DNA of 63,240 nt, the filler included, from Ministeria vibrans ATCC 50519 (Eukaryota > Protista > Filasterea), in the NCBI GenBank assembly GCA_943704425.1. It is 7 parts of 7 records of this genome, joined end to end, with 100 filler letters (N's around TTAATTAATTAA, not from the genome) between each part and the next. Parts side by side here need not be neighbours in the genome. Positions count along the whole stretch, not along the records: positions 12,813 to 36,144 come from CALSCP010000579.1; positions 36,245 to 47,907 come from CALSCP010001741.1; 5 more parts are not named here. One strand, written 5' to 3'. Below the pieces are notes generated by a model. The model had not been told where the DNA came from, did not search any database, and saw nothing but the letters and a program-made list of their open reading frames with translations. Position numbers and translations under genes: made by a program. Positions within the stretch are counted from its first letter, which is position 1, and each line of letters opens with the position of its first letter. Shown one piece after another: positions 34,259 through 47,500 of this stretch.

Positions 34259-36044
34259 TCATTTTTTCTTGATAATCGAGACAATGTTTTGCAGGAGAGC
34301 ATCGGAGATACCGGGAGAGGCACTCTCAAGGGTCTTGAGAGCCACTCGCAGTGCTGCCAATGCGCCAGTTGCATCCTCGCCGCCTTCCGACGCCTTCTCC
34401 ACCTACACACACACACAACATATATATAGATATATATACATACACAAAGAGAGACACACACAAACACACACAGAGAGAAGAACGATTATCAGAACTCGGT
34501 TCTCACTGTCGTTCGCTGCTATGTTGGTATTGATTTCGTACTCTGTCGACTGCGGGAAGAAGCACCTCCTTGAGAGAGGGGGCGTCTTCCTTGGCACCCG
34601 GCTTGTGTCGAACAGTGCCAAAGTCCCAGGAGACGTCTATGCTGCCATGGTCGCCCGACTCCGAGTCAGAGTCGGAGTCGGAGTCATCATTGCCATCCTC
34701 CTTCCACTTGCGGAAGCGGTCCATGAGATCAACGAGCGAGCTGGTCTTCTTGGCGCCGCGGATGAAGCGGTGTTTGAGCAGGTCCTTGCAGGTAGGGCGG
34801 TCTTCGGGGTCCTTCTGCAGACACGACGCAACAAACTCCTTAAATGCAGGCGTCCACTTGCCCTCGAGCGTCGGTGGAGGGTTCTTGGGAATGAGGAAGA
34901 GCACACGCATCGGGTGCAAGTCCGCATTGGGCGGTTCGCCCAGCGCCAGCTCCATCCCCGTGATACCGAGCGACCAGATGTCCGCCTTGGCATCGTATGC
35001 ATTCTGCTTGATCACTTCTGGTGCCATCCAAAACGGTGTCCCCACAAACGTCGTCTAAAGACACCACAGTCCCGTTCATACTTCTTCACTTTTCTCTATC
35101 GCTTTCTTACTCCCCCCTCCACTCACACACATACAATAATAAATACATATAAAGAATAATACACGCAGACACGTACCTTTTTTCCAATAGTGTCTGTAAT
35201 CTGTCCGGCAACACCAAAATCGGCCAGCTTGACATCGCCCTTGGTCGACAGCAACACATTGGCTGCCTTGATGTCGCGGTGGATCTTCTTCTCGCCGTGC
35301 AGGTAATCGAGGCCCTTGAGAATCTCACGCAGAATAATCGCAATGTACGACTCTTCAAACGCACCCGGTTTCATCAGGTCCAATGCACTGCCGCCCCCAA
35401 GGTACTCCATTGTAATCCACAACATGGAGCCCTACACAACAACACCAATAATGTGATACAAGCAAGGAGGAATAAATAACAAGATACACGTAAATGTTGT
35501 GTGTGGAGGGATGATAAATCCAAATATTTCGTACCTTGAGAAACGACCCAAAGTACTTCGTTACAAAGGGACTGTCGCATTGCGACAAAACTGTGATTTC
35601 TTGTTGGATGTCCTCAATCTCATCCTCGGCCTCTTCCAGATTGATAATCTTAATTGCAATTACACTATTGTTTCGGTTGTCGATGCTGCGAAATAAAGAA
35701 GAGATGGCCATCGAGTGAGTGGCTGGCAGACGTAATTCGCAGACACAACAGCCCGTCCACTCATCTCTCCCAGACCAAAAAACAACGGCTCAAGGATGCC
35801 TCTGAAGACACCCGTCTCACAGCAACATGAAAAGGCTTTCGCATCAACAATGACACAGCGCATCACAACACAAAAACATGCCTTCAAGTGAGTGTCGTAA
35901 TACGCAGACACACCACTCATCATCTACTCATCATCACAACACATCCCATCATCGATCGCAATCGTACCCCTTGTAAACTTCGCCAAACGAGCCCTTTCCA
36001 ATTCGCTCTTGTTTCGTAAAGATCACTTCGGGATCTGCCGATGA
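34259..36044 (-). CDS. STK24: STE20 GCKIII kinase (STK24/25/26-like); first exon lost in the gap
   Basis: [64 protein letters not shown]-terminal [10 protein letters not shown] is the CCM3-binding type dimerisation helix. Confidence 0.93.
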
Positions 36045-36244
36045 CTACAGAGCAAACCCGCGTCAGTCATCCAGCAGCGCAGTGCACAAAAGTTCAAAAA
36101 CAACGGTCAAACGAAGAGGGGAAAAAAAAAAAAAAAAGAAAGCANNNNNNNNNNNNNNNNNNNNNNNNNNNNNNNNNNNNNNNNNNNNTTAATTAATTAA
36201 NNNNNNNNNNNNNNNNNNNNNNNNNNNNNNNNNNNNNNNNNNNN

Positions 36245-36276
<32 letters not shown>

Positions 36277-36301
36277 TTAGCACTGCGTTTCTCACTCTCA
36301 C

Positions 36302-38455
36302 TCACTCACCTTTATCGCGCGAAGCCACTTCAAACACCTGGTTGGCGTTCACTCCACCACACATGACACTGTTGTCTCCGACGCATCGCTTGTTGCAGTG
36401 CGACATGGACAGCGCACCATACTTGCCATACGCGTTGCCGCACCAGCACTCGTTGCCATTCTGCACCGCCGCATACTTCATGGATCGACCCAAACACGCA
36501 GCCTTGCACTCCAAAATGGTGCCAGTCACACCCGCAATGCGTGTGGGCAAGTCACGCGTGCTCTTGTCCAGGAAGCACCCCAGAAAGCCCGGTGGTATGT
36601 GCGACGTGAGCGTCATACTGTTGTACCGCGTGCTACCACCACAGATCATTGTTGTGTCGTCGCTGCAAGGCACGTCGCACCCCATCACATTGCTCTTCTC
36701 ACCAGCAGTGCCATACGCGTTGCCGCAGTAGCATGCCTCGCCGCCGTTGACCATCGCTGCAAACATAAATTTCGCCTTGGCACACCCATCCTGACACGCC
36801 TTGCGTGTCTTCACTGGGATCACCGCCTTCTCCACCATGTTGTCGTCAAAGCAGCCCATATAGTCGGGCGGCGAGTGCGCCGTGCGGTAGACGGAATTGC
36901 GCCAGGCACCACCGCAGTAGAATCCCGGGTCGGCCGTGCACACCGTGCCGCAGTCCGTCTCGGGCATTCGACCGTAGTGGTTAAACGCATTGCTGCACCA
37001 ACAGTCACCCTTGTATTGCAGACCGGCAAACATGTAGTTGAGGTCGCCGCAGCCCTTGCGACACGCCTCAATGGTGTACGCATGGCCCATTGCAAAGATC
37101 TGGTGAGGCATGTCGCGCGTGTGGGCGTCCTTGAAGCAGCCCACATAGCTGGGCGCAACCGGTCGATAGCCCGTCTCCATTACGAGATTCTCATGTGTCG
37201 CACCACACATTTCCTCGGCAGGTCGCTTGCACGGCATGCCGCATGAACCGAGTGCCGTTGTCGCCCCATGCTTTCCGTACGCGTCGCCGCAGTAGCACTC
37301 GCCTCCGTACTGCACCGCCGCGTACTTGTGCTTGCGATCGCGACACTGTTCCTTGCACGTCTCCCAGTTGAAGGTGTTGCCAGGTACGTTCACAGGGAGA
37401 TCACGATGGGTACCGTCGTCCACGTAGCATCCCTTGATGCCGCTGGGAAGCACAACGCTGGTGCGATACACCGAGTTGCGCCAGACTCCACCACAGGTGT
37501 ACGCTGGCGAGGTCGTACACGGTGAGCTACAGTCGGTCTCGGGCATTTTCCCATAGTGGTTGTAAGAGTTGCCGCAAAAGCAAGTGGAGCCGCTGTCTTG
37601 CACCGCCGAGTAAAGGTAGTTTTTGGTGGCACACGCCACCTTGCATCCGTCGGGAGTGTGTCCACCGCCCGACATCATGTAGCTCAAGTCGCGCGCCGTG
37701 TCGTCCTTGTAGCAGCCAATGTAGTTACTGGCGGTTGTCGCAGGCACAAAACCGCTTTTCAGAACCGTGTTACGCAAGTGACCACCGCACATCTCGTCGG
37801 CTGGACGCTTACAGGGCTCGTTACACTCGTGGGGAACGGACGCTTCGCCGTGGCTACCGTACGTGTTGCTGCAGAAGCAATAGCCATAGTGTTGCAAAGC
37901 GGCATACTTGAACTTGGCCGCGGCACACGCCGTCTTGCACGTGCTCCACGTGTGCGTGGTGCCCGCGATCTGGTGCTCCAGGTCACGCACTGACGTGTCC
38001 ACGTAGCATCCCACGTAGTCGGCGTCGTGGCTCAAACTCGTGCGGTACACCGAGTTGCGCCAGTGGCCACCGCACATGTACTGTGTCTGAGCAGTACACG
38101 CCATGTTGCAGTCGGACTCGGGTACCTTGCCAAAGTGCCCGTATGAGTTGCCGCACCAGCAGTCGTTTCCTTTGTACTGCACCGCCGAGTAGAGGTAGTT
38201 CAGAGCGGCACAGGCTGTCTTGCAGCTATCTGGAGTGTTTCCGCGGACCAGGCGGACAAAGTCGCGCGTGTTCTCATCTTTGTAGCAGCCAATGTATCCC
38301 GCAGCGTTGGGTGAGGCGTCGGTGCGCACCGACACAAACGTGATAGAGACAACAATGAGAAAAGCCCAGTTCTGAAAAAAAAAAGAAAACGGTCGTTTAC
38401 ATTCGAGTGACACAAACACCAGTGAGAAGCGCCACATAGACGTCCTCACGAACAA
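36302..38455 (-). CDS. Secreted protein made of seven tandem WSC domains; the true start is probably ATG 38693, followed immediately by an intron
   Basis: Seven repeats of Y-x-GC-[YF]-x-D...C...C...QxxxxCxC-[GS]-N...C...C...CGG...N. Hydrophobic leader NWAFLIVVSITFVSV. No Ser/Thr stalk or TM helix. Confidence 0.9.
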   Translation of the reverse strand: MFVRTSMWRFSLVFVSLECKRPFSFFFQNWAFLIVVSITFVSVRTDASPNAAGYIGCYKDENTRDFVRLVRGNTPDSCKTACAALNYLYSAVQYKGNDCWCGNSYGHFGKVPESDCNMACTAQTQYMCGGHWRNSVYRTSLSHDADYVGCYVDTSVRDLEHQIAGTTHTWSTCKTACAAAKFKYAALQHYGYCFCSNTYGSHGEASVPHECNEPCKRPADEMCGGHLRNTVLKSGFVPATTASNYIGCYKDDTARDLSYMMSGGGHTPDGCKVACATKNYLYSAVQDSGSTCFCGNSYNHYGKMPETDCSSPCTTSPAYTCGGVWRNSVYRTSVVLPSGIKGCYVDDGTHRDLPVNVPGNTFNWETCKEQCRDRKHKYAAVQYGGECYCGDAYGKHGATTALGSCGMPCKRPAEEMCGATHENLVMETGYRPVAPSYVGCFKDAHTRDMPHQIFAMGHAYTIEACRKGCGDLNYMFAGLQYKGDCWCSNAFNHYGRMPETDCGTVCTADPGFYCGGAWRNSVYRTAHSPPDYMGCFDDNMVEKAVIPVKTRKACQDGCAKAKFMFAAMVNGGEACYCGNAYGTAGEKSNVMGCDVPCSDDTTMICGGSTRYNSMTLTSHIPPGFLGCFLDKSTRDLPTRIAGVTGTILECKAACLGRSMKYAAVQNGNECWCGNAYGKYGALSMSHCNKRCVGDNSVMCGGVNANQVFEVASRDKGE

Positions 38456-39901
38456 TTATTGCACGCGTAGGGTTGGAAGGAGACACACACTGTGAAACCT
38501 GTAGAGCGGGACGGAACGTTTTCTTTCCGTTTTCTATTTTTTTCTTTTTTCAATCAAAAAAAGATAGAAGGAGTACGTCGTACACTCCCAGGCAACACGG
38601 TCGGAAGGAAAACAGCACGGATAGTAACAGGTTAACAACAGGATACAAGAGGGAGCGATACAAGGCACACAGAGGGTACAGAAAGTTTACCATCTTATTT
38701 CAAAGAAATTTCAATTGCGTATCAACAGTTCAACACCGTCGATGATACCAAGCAACTGCTTGTTGAACGTGGGGCTTCAAGAAATTGATTTGAATCGCGA
38801 AATGTCGCGTGGTCCTCGTATTTAACCTTCATTTAACCCGTGGGAATCGCGCGGTCTTTTTTTGTCGGTAAAAAAGATCGTTTTTGCGGCAGTTGGCAAA
38901 GCACAACTAACTTCGACGCGTTCGTTCAAATAGTTACCGTGAGCCACAGATCCAGATCGAAGTTAATGTTTTGTCGCAAAGCAATAGACGAATCGAAGGG
39001 TGAGAGGGGTGAAGTGCATGGTTATGAAGGTTATACGAAGAATATTTTCGTTTTCNNNNNNNNNNNNNNNNNNNNNNNNNNNNNNNNNNNNNNNNNNNNN
39101 NNNNNNNNNNNNNNNNNNNNNNNNNNNNNNNNNNNNNNNNNNNNNNNNNNNNNNNNNNNNNNNNNNNNNNNNNNNNNNNNNNNNNNNNNNNNNNNNNNNN
39201 NNNNNNNNNNNNNNNNNNNNNNNNNNNNNNNNNNNNNNNNNNNNNNNNNNNNNNNNNNNNNNNNNNNNNNNNNNNNNNNNNNNNNNNNNNNNNNNNNNNN
39301 NNNNNNNNNNNNNNNNNNNNNNNNNNNNNNNNNNNNNNNNNNNNNNNNNNNNNNNNNNNNNNNNNNNNNNNNNNNNNNNNNNNNNNNNNNNNNNNNNNNN
39401 NNNNNNNNNNNNNNNNNNNNNNNNNNNNNNNNNNNNNNNNNNNNNNNNNNNNNNNNNNNNNNNNNNNNNNNNNNNNNNNNNNNNNNNNNNNNNNNNNNNN
39501 NNNNNNNNNNNNNNNNNNNNNNNNNNNNNNNNNNNNNNNNNNNNNNNNNNNNNNNNNNNNNNNNNNNNNNNNNNNNNNNNNNNNNNNNNNNNNNNNNNNN
39601 NNNNNNNNNNNNNNNNNNNNNNNNNNNNNNNNNNNNNNNNNNNNNNNNNNNNNNNNNNNNNNNNNNNNNNNNNNNNNNNNNNNNNNNNNNNNNNNNNNNN
39701 NNNNNNNNNNNNNNNNNNNNNNNNNNNNNNNNNNNNNNNNNNNNNNNNNNNNNNNNNNNNNNNNNNNNNNNNNNNNNNNNNNNNNNNNNNNNNNNNNNNN
39801 NNNNNNNNNNNNNNNNNNNNNNNNNNNNNNNNNNNNNNNNNNNNNNNNNNNNNNNNNNNNNNNNNNNNNNNNNNNNNNNNNNNNNNNNNNNNNNNNNNNN
39901 N

Positions 39902-40010
<109 letters not shown>

Positions 40011-40014
40011 TCTG

Positions 40015-40046
<32 letters not shown>

Positions 40047-40161
40047 TGTCTCTCTCTCTCTGTCTCTCTCTCTCTCTCTGTCTCTCTCTTTGTCTCTCTC
40101 TCTCCTGTTTCAGTTGCTCTTTCTCACCCTTTTGCCTTCCTCTCGATATTATTTTTTATTA

Positions 40162-41476
40162 GATTGCGCTGCAGGAAGGTATGCGCCAATCATGGGGCAA
40201 GAGAGCTGCAGACTATGTGAGAGTGGTCGTTTTTCGGCGACTGCTGCATCCGTGTGCACTGCGTGTGTCGCTGGCAAGTATGCGCTAACGGGTCGTTCCT
40301 CTTGCACCGACTGTCCAGCTGGAAAGTATCAGGGAAGCACAGCGTCCGATGGCTGTATCAACTGTCGCGCTGGTTACTTCTCCGATTCGCGCGCAACCCG
40401 TTGTGACCAACATCAGAATGAGTGTCCCGCCGGCTCAATGTGTCCCGGTGGAAAGGTACGTTTATAAAAATTGTTGTTGCTTTTATTGTGTACAACTAAT
40501 CCCTGGTTTATCCCTTCGCTCTCTGTCTCTTTTGTTTTCTTTGTCTCTCTCTCTGTCTCTTTCTTTCTTTCCTTCTTCCTCCCTCTTCTATCTCTTTCTT
40601 TCTCTCTGGTTATTTTTAGGCTTCAGAACAGTGTGTGCCAGGGAAATACCAGAACGAGCGCCTCCGAGTACACAACTTTCCCGTTGCATTATTTCTGTTC
40701 GACCTTATCTCATTCACTTCTTATTGTAGGCAAACTGCATCAACTGTACTCCAGGCAAGTTCCAGTCGGCGCGCGGAAGTACCACATGCAGCGACTGCTC
40801 GCCTGGCTACTCAACAGACTACGGCAGCCACCAGTGCGACAACGATCCTACACGCTGTCCTCTTGGGCACTACTGTGTCGGCGCAGCGGTACGATTATAT
40901 GATGCTTTTTTTTGTGCCTCATACTTGATTGTTTCCGGTGCAGGCGCGTCAACGTTGCACGCCCGGCTACTATCAGGACACTCTTCAACAGACCAAATGC
41001 AAAAAATGCGCCAGGGGCAAGTATGCCAGCAACTACGCTATGTACAACTGTCCCAAGTGCCCCGCGTTCAAGTATCAGCCCAACAAAGGAGGCTCTGTAA
41101 GTACATAATATAATAACTCGCTCTCCTTTTCCGCTCTTACGTATCCTCTGTTCTTTTAGGACTGTCTCGGATGCCACCCGACGCTCGCTCGACGTGCCAA
41201 CAACGCCGGAACTGCTTGCGTCTGCAAAGATGGCACTGTACCCACAAAACACAGTGATTCTGTTTTCCTCATCCACTCGTTGCTCCTCAGGTCTCGTCTG
41301 TTGGTTGCTACGTGGCCGACGTCATCTTCAAGTGCGACACTAGCAGCGTTTCCGTCGTTGCGAGTATCAGCACCACCCGTGCCGGCACGTGGAAAGTGAC
41401 ACCCGAAAAGATTGGTCGCCATCAGGTGACATACCTACCCGGTTAAAACAATAATATTATTCAGACTAACACCAGA

Positions 41477-41515
<39 letters not shown>

Positions 41516-44500
41516 ATTTAGGAGGGCACGTCCACCACGCAGGCCAATACGCTTATTCTCGGCGGCACCACCACGGCTAATCTTGACATCATTAGTGGAG
41601 TTCTCTATGCCGGCGAACAGTTTCACGTCAACTACCGAAATGCCGTCAACGTATCCCACAAGGATCACCCCTGTCCGCACTCTTAATTCTTTGTTTCGTT
41701 CGGTATTTTTCAGCTGTTTGTGACTATGCCTTGCGGATGTTCCACCCAAGACCGTTTGTGCAACCGTCGCAATCCGCGCTATCGTCAATCACTCACTCCC
41801 GACGAGATTGACGACGGCGCTCACTCGTTCCAGCCACGTCAAAAGGGCGGTTTCATCTATTTTAAGTGGCTCGTCAACTCCAAGTGTGCTGTCTCCTATG
41901 AGTTTGTGCGTCGTGCCACCCTCACGGGCCAGAGTCAACGCTTCGCCAAGCCCATCGACGTGCCTCAGTCGGTGTGCAGCGACATCATGACTCCGAGCGA
42001 TGTCCACGACAACCTCGTTGCCAGCGAGCTTGTCCTCGGTCGTCAGTATCACTACTGTGTGACCGGAACCTCGTCTAACTATCAGTCGAAGGAAGTGTAA
42101 GGATCGACATACGTGATTGATCGTATGAGAGAGATCACACTCTCAATTTTTTGTTTTTTTTTCTCGCTTTCGTCTCTTCTCAGCTGCTCCCCGTGGACCG
42201 TTCACTTTGACTCAAAGATTTTCATTGATGTCATCACCCTCAAGGGTGAACATCCTGTCGAAGGCGTTAGCATTGCATGGAAGATTGAGGGGGCCACCTG
42301 TGGCAGCTCAGGCACCCCATCGGGCACGGCTGCCTTGACAACGGACAAGCTCGGCGAGACCTTCTTCCATATCAATTTGCCCTGTCTCACCAACGAAAAC
42401 TACATTGTTACCGTCACCGCCTCAAAGAACACCCAAGGAATCAATCACGTTTTTAAGTGCAAGGATGGTTCCGTCTGCAACTCCAAACTGGTAAGAAAAA
42501 AAATAGAGCAAGAGAGGGAAATAGCAAGTTTTCTTTAATAATTTTAAATTATTCTCTTTTTGAAGATTGAAGCGGAGCACCTCAACTTTGAGCATCGCTT
42601 GAAATTTTTGGATGCGACCACTGCTCCCGTGCAGGGCAGCGTTAAGATTCCCATGGCAGTCTACGGTACGACTCCGACGACCGGTCGTCGTAGTGCCGAC
42701 GACGAGCCAGTGCCCGTCGCTTCTTCGTCGCATGGCGAAGCGTCGTTCCATTCCATTTTCGCTCTCCCCGATCCGAAGTCGTCGGTGCAGCAGCTCAGTA
42801 TTGACCAAGTCGACTCCGCCTCTCTGTCGACCACGACGCCCGTCATGTCTGACTCGATGCGCTCCGCTCTGGACCATCGCCGGTCTCTCCACACTCAACA
42901 TCGACGCGCCACACCCGTACCCCACTCCGACACTGCCTATGTGGGCGCCGAGTTTGTCTCAAGTGATTCTACCACCCGCGACGCATGTGCCAAGGAGTGT
43001 GGTACCATCGCGGCATGTTTTGGCTGGACCTTCCTCGCCAAGGCAACTCTCTCGCCCTACCGCTGTCGTCTTCAGGTGTCCGACAAGCTCACGCCCGTAT
43101 TCGAGCTCGGTTCCTTCTCGGCCTGCTCGGCCACCAACAAGTTGGATGTTTGCAAACAAAAGGGTTGTGTGCCAGGTTGGACCGGTACCGACTGCAAGAC
43201 TGTCATCATGCATGAGAACACCGTCTACTCGGGTAGTCCAATCGGAAAAACGACCGCTGCCACCGCCAAGGCATGCAGCGACTTGTGTGGGGCCAAATCC
43301 GACTGCACCGCCTGGAGTTGGGCACCCCCCACCGACTGTTTCCTTCAAACCGACTCGGTCTGGACCAACCCTGGCGGCATTCGCTACAGCAAGGGCGCTT
43401 TCAGTGGTTGCTCCTTCACGTTTGCTCAAAAGCCCGAGCATGCGTCCGTATGCCGCGAACAGGCTGCCTGTCCTCCCGGCCTGATGGGCTTGCCTGCGTG
43501 CACCTCAACCCGTCGTATGCTCTCGACTGCACTCATTCCCACTTCCTCAACACTCGCCGACTTGCGCGCTCCCGCTGCTTCCGCCGACGCTTGTGCGTCA
43601 CTGTGTACAAAGGCGGGCGCCGAATGCACCGCCTGGTCGTACTGCCCCTCGTGTTACGCCAAGATGTATCCGTGTGCGCTCTTCACCAAGGTAACCACCT
43701 GGTCAAAGCGCCAAGCGCACGTCACCGACGCTGTCTCGAGCTGCTCCGCCACAGCTTGGGTGAACGCCGAGAGCGATTGCGAACAGTGCCCCCCTGGCTA
43801 CGCGGGCGTCCAGTGCAACGTCAAGGTGTTCCATCGTGACGCCGAGCCGTCGTTTTACATGCCACACGATGGCGGAAGCCCCAACGTGGTAAAAGACTGG
43901 ATGGAGTGTGCAAGCCTGAGTACCGCCAAAGGTGCGCCCATGTGGTCGTTCCGCTCCACTGGGTGCTACCTTATCAATAAGCCTTCCGCCAAATCCTCGG
44001 CCGAGCCTTTCTGGTACCGCGAGGGTGTCACGTCGGGCTGCAGTCCCTATGGCTTGCAGCGCTTCGGCAAGGAAGTGTGCTCGCACGAGGCCCGTGATAA
44101 GTTGCGTCATGCAGGAGCAGTTGCGGTCGAGGCTTCCGTTGAACAGGCCAAGGTGTCGAGCGAGGCGCTCTGCGCCGAGGTTTGTGACCACACGGAAAAG
44201 TGCCAGGCATGGAACTTCAACGTGAAGCACAAGCGATGCGCCTTCCAGCTCACAGGCGAGCCGCTCTTCCAAAAGCCCGTCACCATCAGTCAACATCTTG
44301 CTAGCTACGTGCCGGGTTCCAAGAATGATCCCCCCGTGTCCATCTCCAGTCTGGCTCAACACTGTGCTGTACTCAACGGTGACGGCTCAGTCTTTGTGGT
44401 GAAACCTTCGGGTGTCGTTGAGCGCAAGCATTTCCGTCGTCCGGTTGTCGCGCTCTACGACGAACCTCGTTATGGCTACTCCGTGGCCGTCTTCGACGAC

Positions 44501-47500
44501 GGTGGCTTTGAGTCGTGGGGAAACCTGCACATGGGCTCCAAACACGGCCTCAAGGTACTGGGCGTGTACACGGGCAAGAACTACATTGCTGTCATCGAGG
44601 ATGAAGCGGACCGCAAGAACTCGCTGACCATCTACGTCAAGTCACCCACCACTGGTCTCATGAAGCCTGGCCTGCCTTTGTACACCACGGATCCGGTGCA
44701 CGTTGCCACCGCAGACAACTCGTTGGCGGCGCTCACCGGTGACGGCCGTGTTCTTTTCTGGCCCTACGGCCTCTCCTTGGGTTCGAGTTCCGGACGTCGT
44801 GACGTCGCCGAGATGGATTACATGTCGGCGTTGCCTTGGTCGCCTCTCCAAGATATGAGCTTGGTTGCGCGTCCTTCCCGTGCAACTTTCATCGCGCTGC
44901 CCGCCGGATCACCCGTGAGCGGCTACAAGAAGGTGGTTGCCACGAAAGATGCGTTTTGTGCGCTTCACCTATCGGGCAAGGTTGTTGCCGGAGGTCCCGA
45001 CGCCTCCGGAGGCGTCATTCCCTCGTCCGTTCTTGGTTTTGTGTCGAGTAACATCAAAGACATTGTGGCGACGCGCGGTGCCTGTGCGGCCCTGCGTGAC
45101 GACGGCCGTGTCTTTGTGTGGGGTGCGGCCGTGAGTGGTGGTGATCTTCCCGCCGATGTCCGGCCCAAGGTCTATGCTGGCATTGCCTCCATCTATGCCA
45201 CAGACCATGCGTTTGCGGCGCTCAGTGAACACGGCTCCGTTGTGGCTTGGGGAAGCGGCAAATCGGGTGGTGATGTCTCGGCGATCACTCAAAAGCTGCT
45301 CAACAAGGGTATTGACAAGGTGCTGGTTACCCCGAATGCGTTTGGTGCGGTCGCGTCCGATGGCAAAACGTACGTGTGGGGCCTCGATCCGCCTATTGAG
45401 CGCACGTTTACCGTTGCAGCTCGTTCCATTGTGGCCCTGGGCAATTCATTTTTTGCACTGAGCCACTCTGGCGAGATTGTGAGCACAGATGCGTCCGTGT
45501 CCGTGCCCCAGTCGCCGCCAAAGGTCACCAGTATCCTTGCCTACCTCAATGGTGCTGTAAGCGTGACCGAGGGCAAGGGATGCTACGACCCAAGTGGTCG
45601 AGAGCACGTTGAACGAGGTGACTGTGTCGCTGCAAACTTTGTGAGTGCCTGCAGCCAGCGCAACACGGCCGTCGAGTGTAAGCAGGCACCCTGCGAGCAC
45701 GGGGCGGGCGGTCGCGTGTGTCAGCTGTCACTGCTTCGCGAGGGTCTTGTCTGGCGCTCAAGTGGTGCGACCATTTTGAGTCACAAGGTTGTCACTGCCG
45801 AATTTTGTTCGAGTTCTTGCGAGCGAGCCACCGACTGTATGGGCTGGAGCTTTCTGAGCGAGCCGGGCAGTGGTGTCGCCTCGGTGTGTCGTCACTACAG
45901 TGTGAAGCAGACGGATCTGTGGAAGACCGAAGGAAACACGGCCATTCAACTGATTCCTCACGCCAACGCCGCGTCGGGTTGCAGTCGCCGCTGGCTCCTC
46001 TCACAAGAGTTGGCTCTCAAGGCGGACGATTACCGTGTGCGCGAGCGCTGGTGCGAAGAAGCGACGCCCGCGTTGATGGAGCGTGTGTCGACGCGCGCCA
46101 CCATCGCAGCTGGCTCGCTCTTCCAAGAGCGTCTTGCGCTCAGTCCTCATGCTTGTGCGCTTCTCTGTGACGTGCAGAAAGATTGTGCCGCCTGGACTCA
46201 GCGCTCGTCTCTGTGCCACATGTTCAACAAGGCTCCCACCAAACTGTTGTACGACGACAGCATTGGTGGTTTGGCCACGACGGGTATTCGTGTGGCGCTC
46301 GCGAGCAAGACACCTCCCTTGGTGCCCCAGTGCCCACCTGGACGCACCGGTGAGCAGTGCGAGAAGTCTTACATCCATGCCAATGCAGTGTACACCTATG
46401 GCAAGTCGGGGGGTACGCTGGAGACGCTCACGTCGGTCACACTTGAGACATGCGCCGAAAAGTGCGACGCGCGCTCCGATTGCGAATGGTGGACATGGAC
46501 AACGACGCGCACGTGTACAATGTGGCGCAGTATCGCTGCAGGCGACGTCTTTGGCATTAGCTACGACACTGGGTACACGTCGGCCTGCAGTCGCGCGTAC
46601 ATGATGGGCAAGGACAAGACACAACGTCAGTGTTGGCGCGAACCCCCCACACCAGTTTCGACACGCGTGCCCAAGTGCGCCGTGCCCAAGGCCGAGGTGT
46701 GTGCCTACGACTGGTACACGGGCAACAAGGTGATCTGCGACACAACCTCGTCCACGGGAACGTACACCCTTCATGTGCCCATTGGGCTCACCGTCGAGTT
46801 TGTCGCCACTTTTGGTATGCACGTGCTCGAGCTGGACACGGCCGCCGTATCGCCATCAACGTCCGTCACCATGGCCAACTACCCTGCGTGTGCGAACACG
46901 CCTTCTAAGAAGCAACCCTACATGGTGGTGCCCGAGACAGGTCTGACGAGCGTCAATTTTGACGATAAGACGTCGGAGACGATTGAGATTACAGTGGCCG
47001 GTGGCGTGCGTCAGTGCAACATTGACTTGGGCACGGCCGAGATTACGTTTGTGCCCAAGTTCACATGTGACGTGCCCGACGCGTCGTTCACCGTCGTGCA
47101 AACGGAAGTGACCAAGGTGCACACGGTGCCTGCGTCGCTCTTTGACATCAAGTTGAACAAGGTGTATGAGCGACCCGAGGTCGCGCCCTACTTTGCTCGC
47201 ATTCAGAAGCGCGTCCGTGCCAACATTGACTTGCGTCAGTTTGACGAGCGTCAGGAGGAGTCGCAGGTGGGTTCGGGACTGGCGGAGGGTCGCGTTCCCG
47301 AAGAGAAGACCCGTCTGCAGATCTACTGCGACAACGACGAGTTCCCTACGGCCGCCATTGAAGCGGTGCCGCAGAGCGACAGCAGCGAGGCGACCAATGC
47401 TCTGAGCACGGCCGAGGTGGAATCACGTGAGCGCGCCATTCGTTTCGAGTACCATCCCCGTCCACATGTGTCTGTCGTGGTACTGGATACGGTGCGTGCG

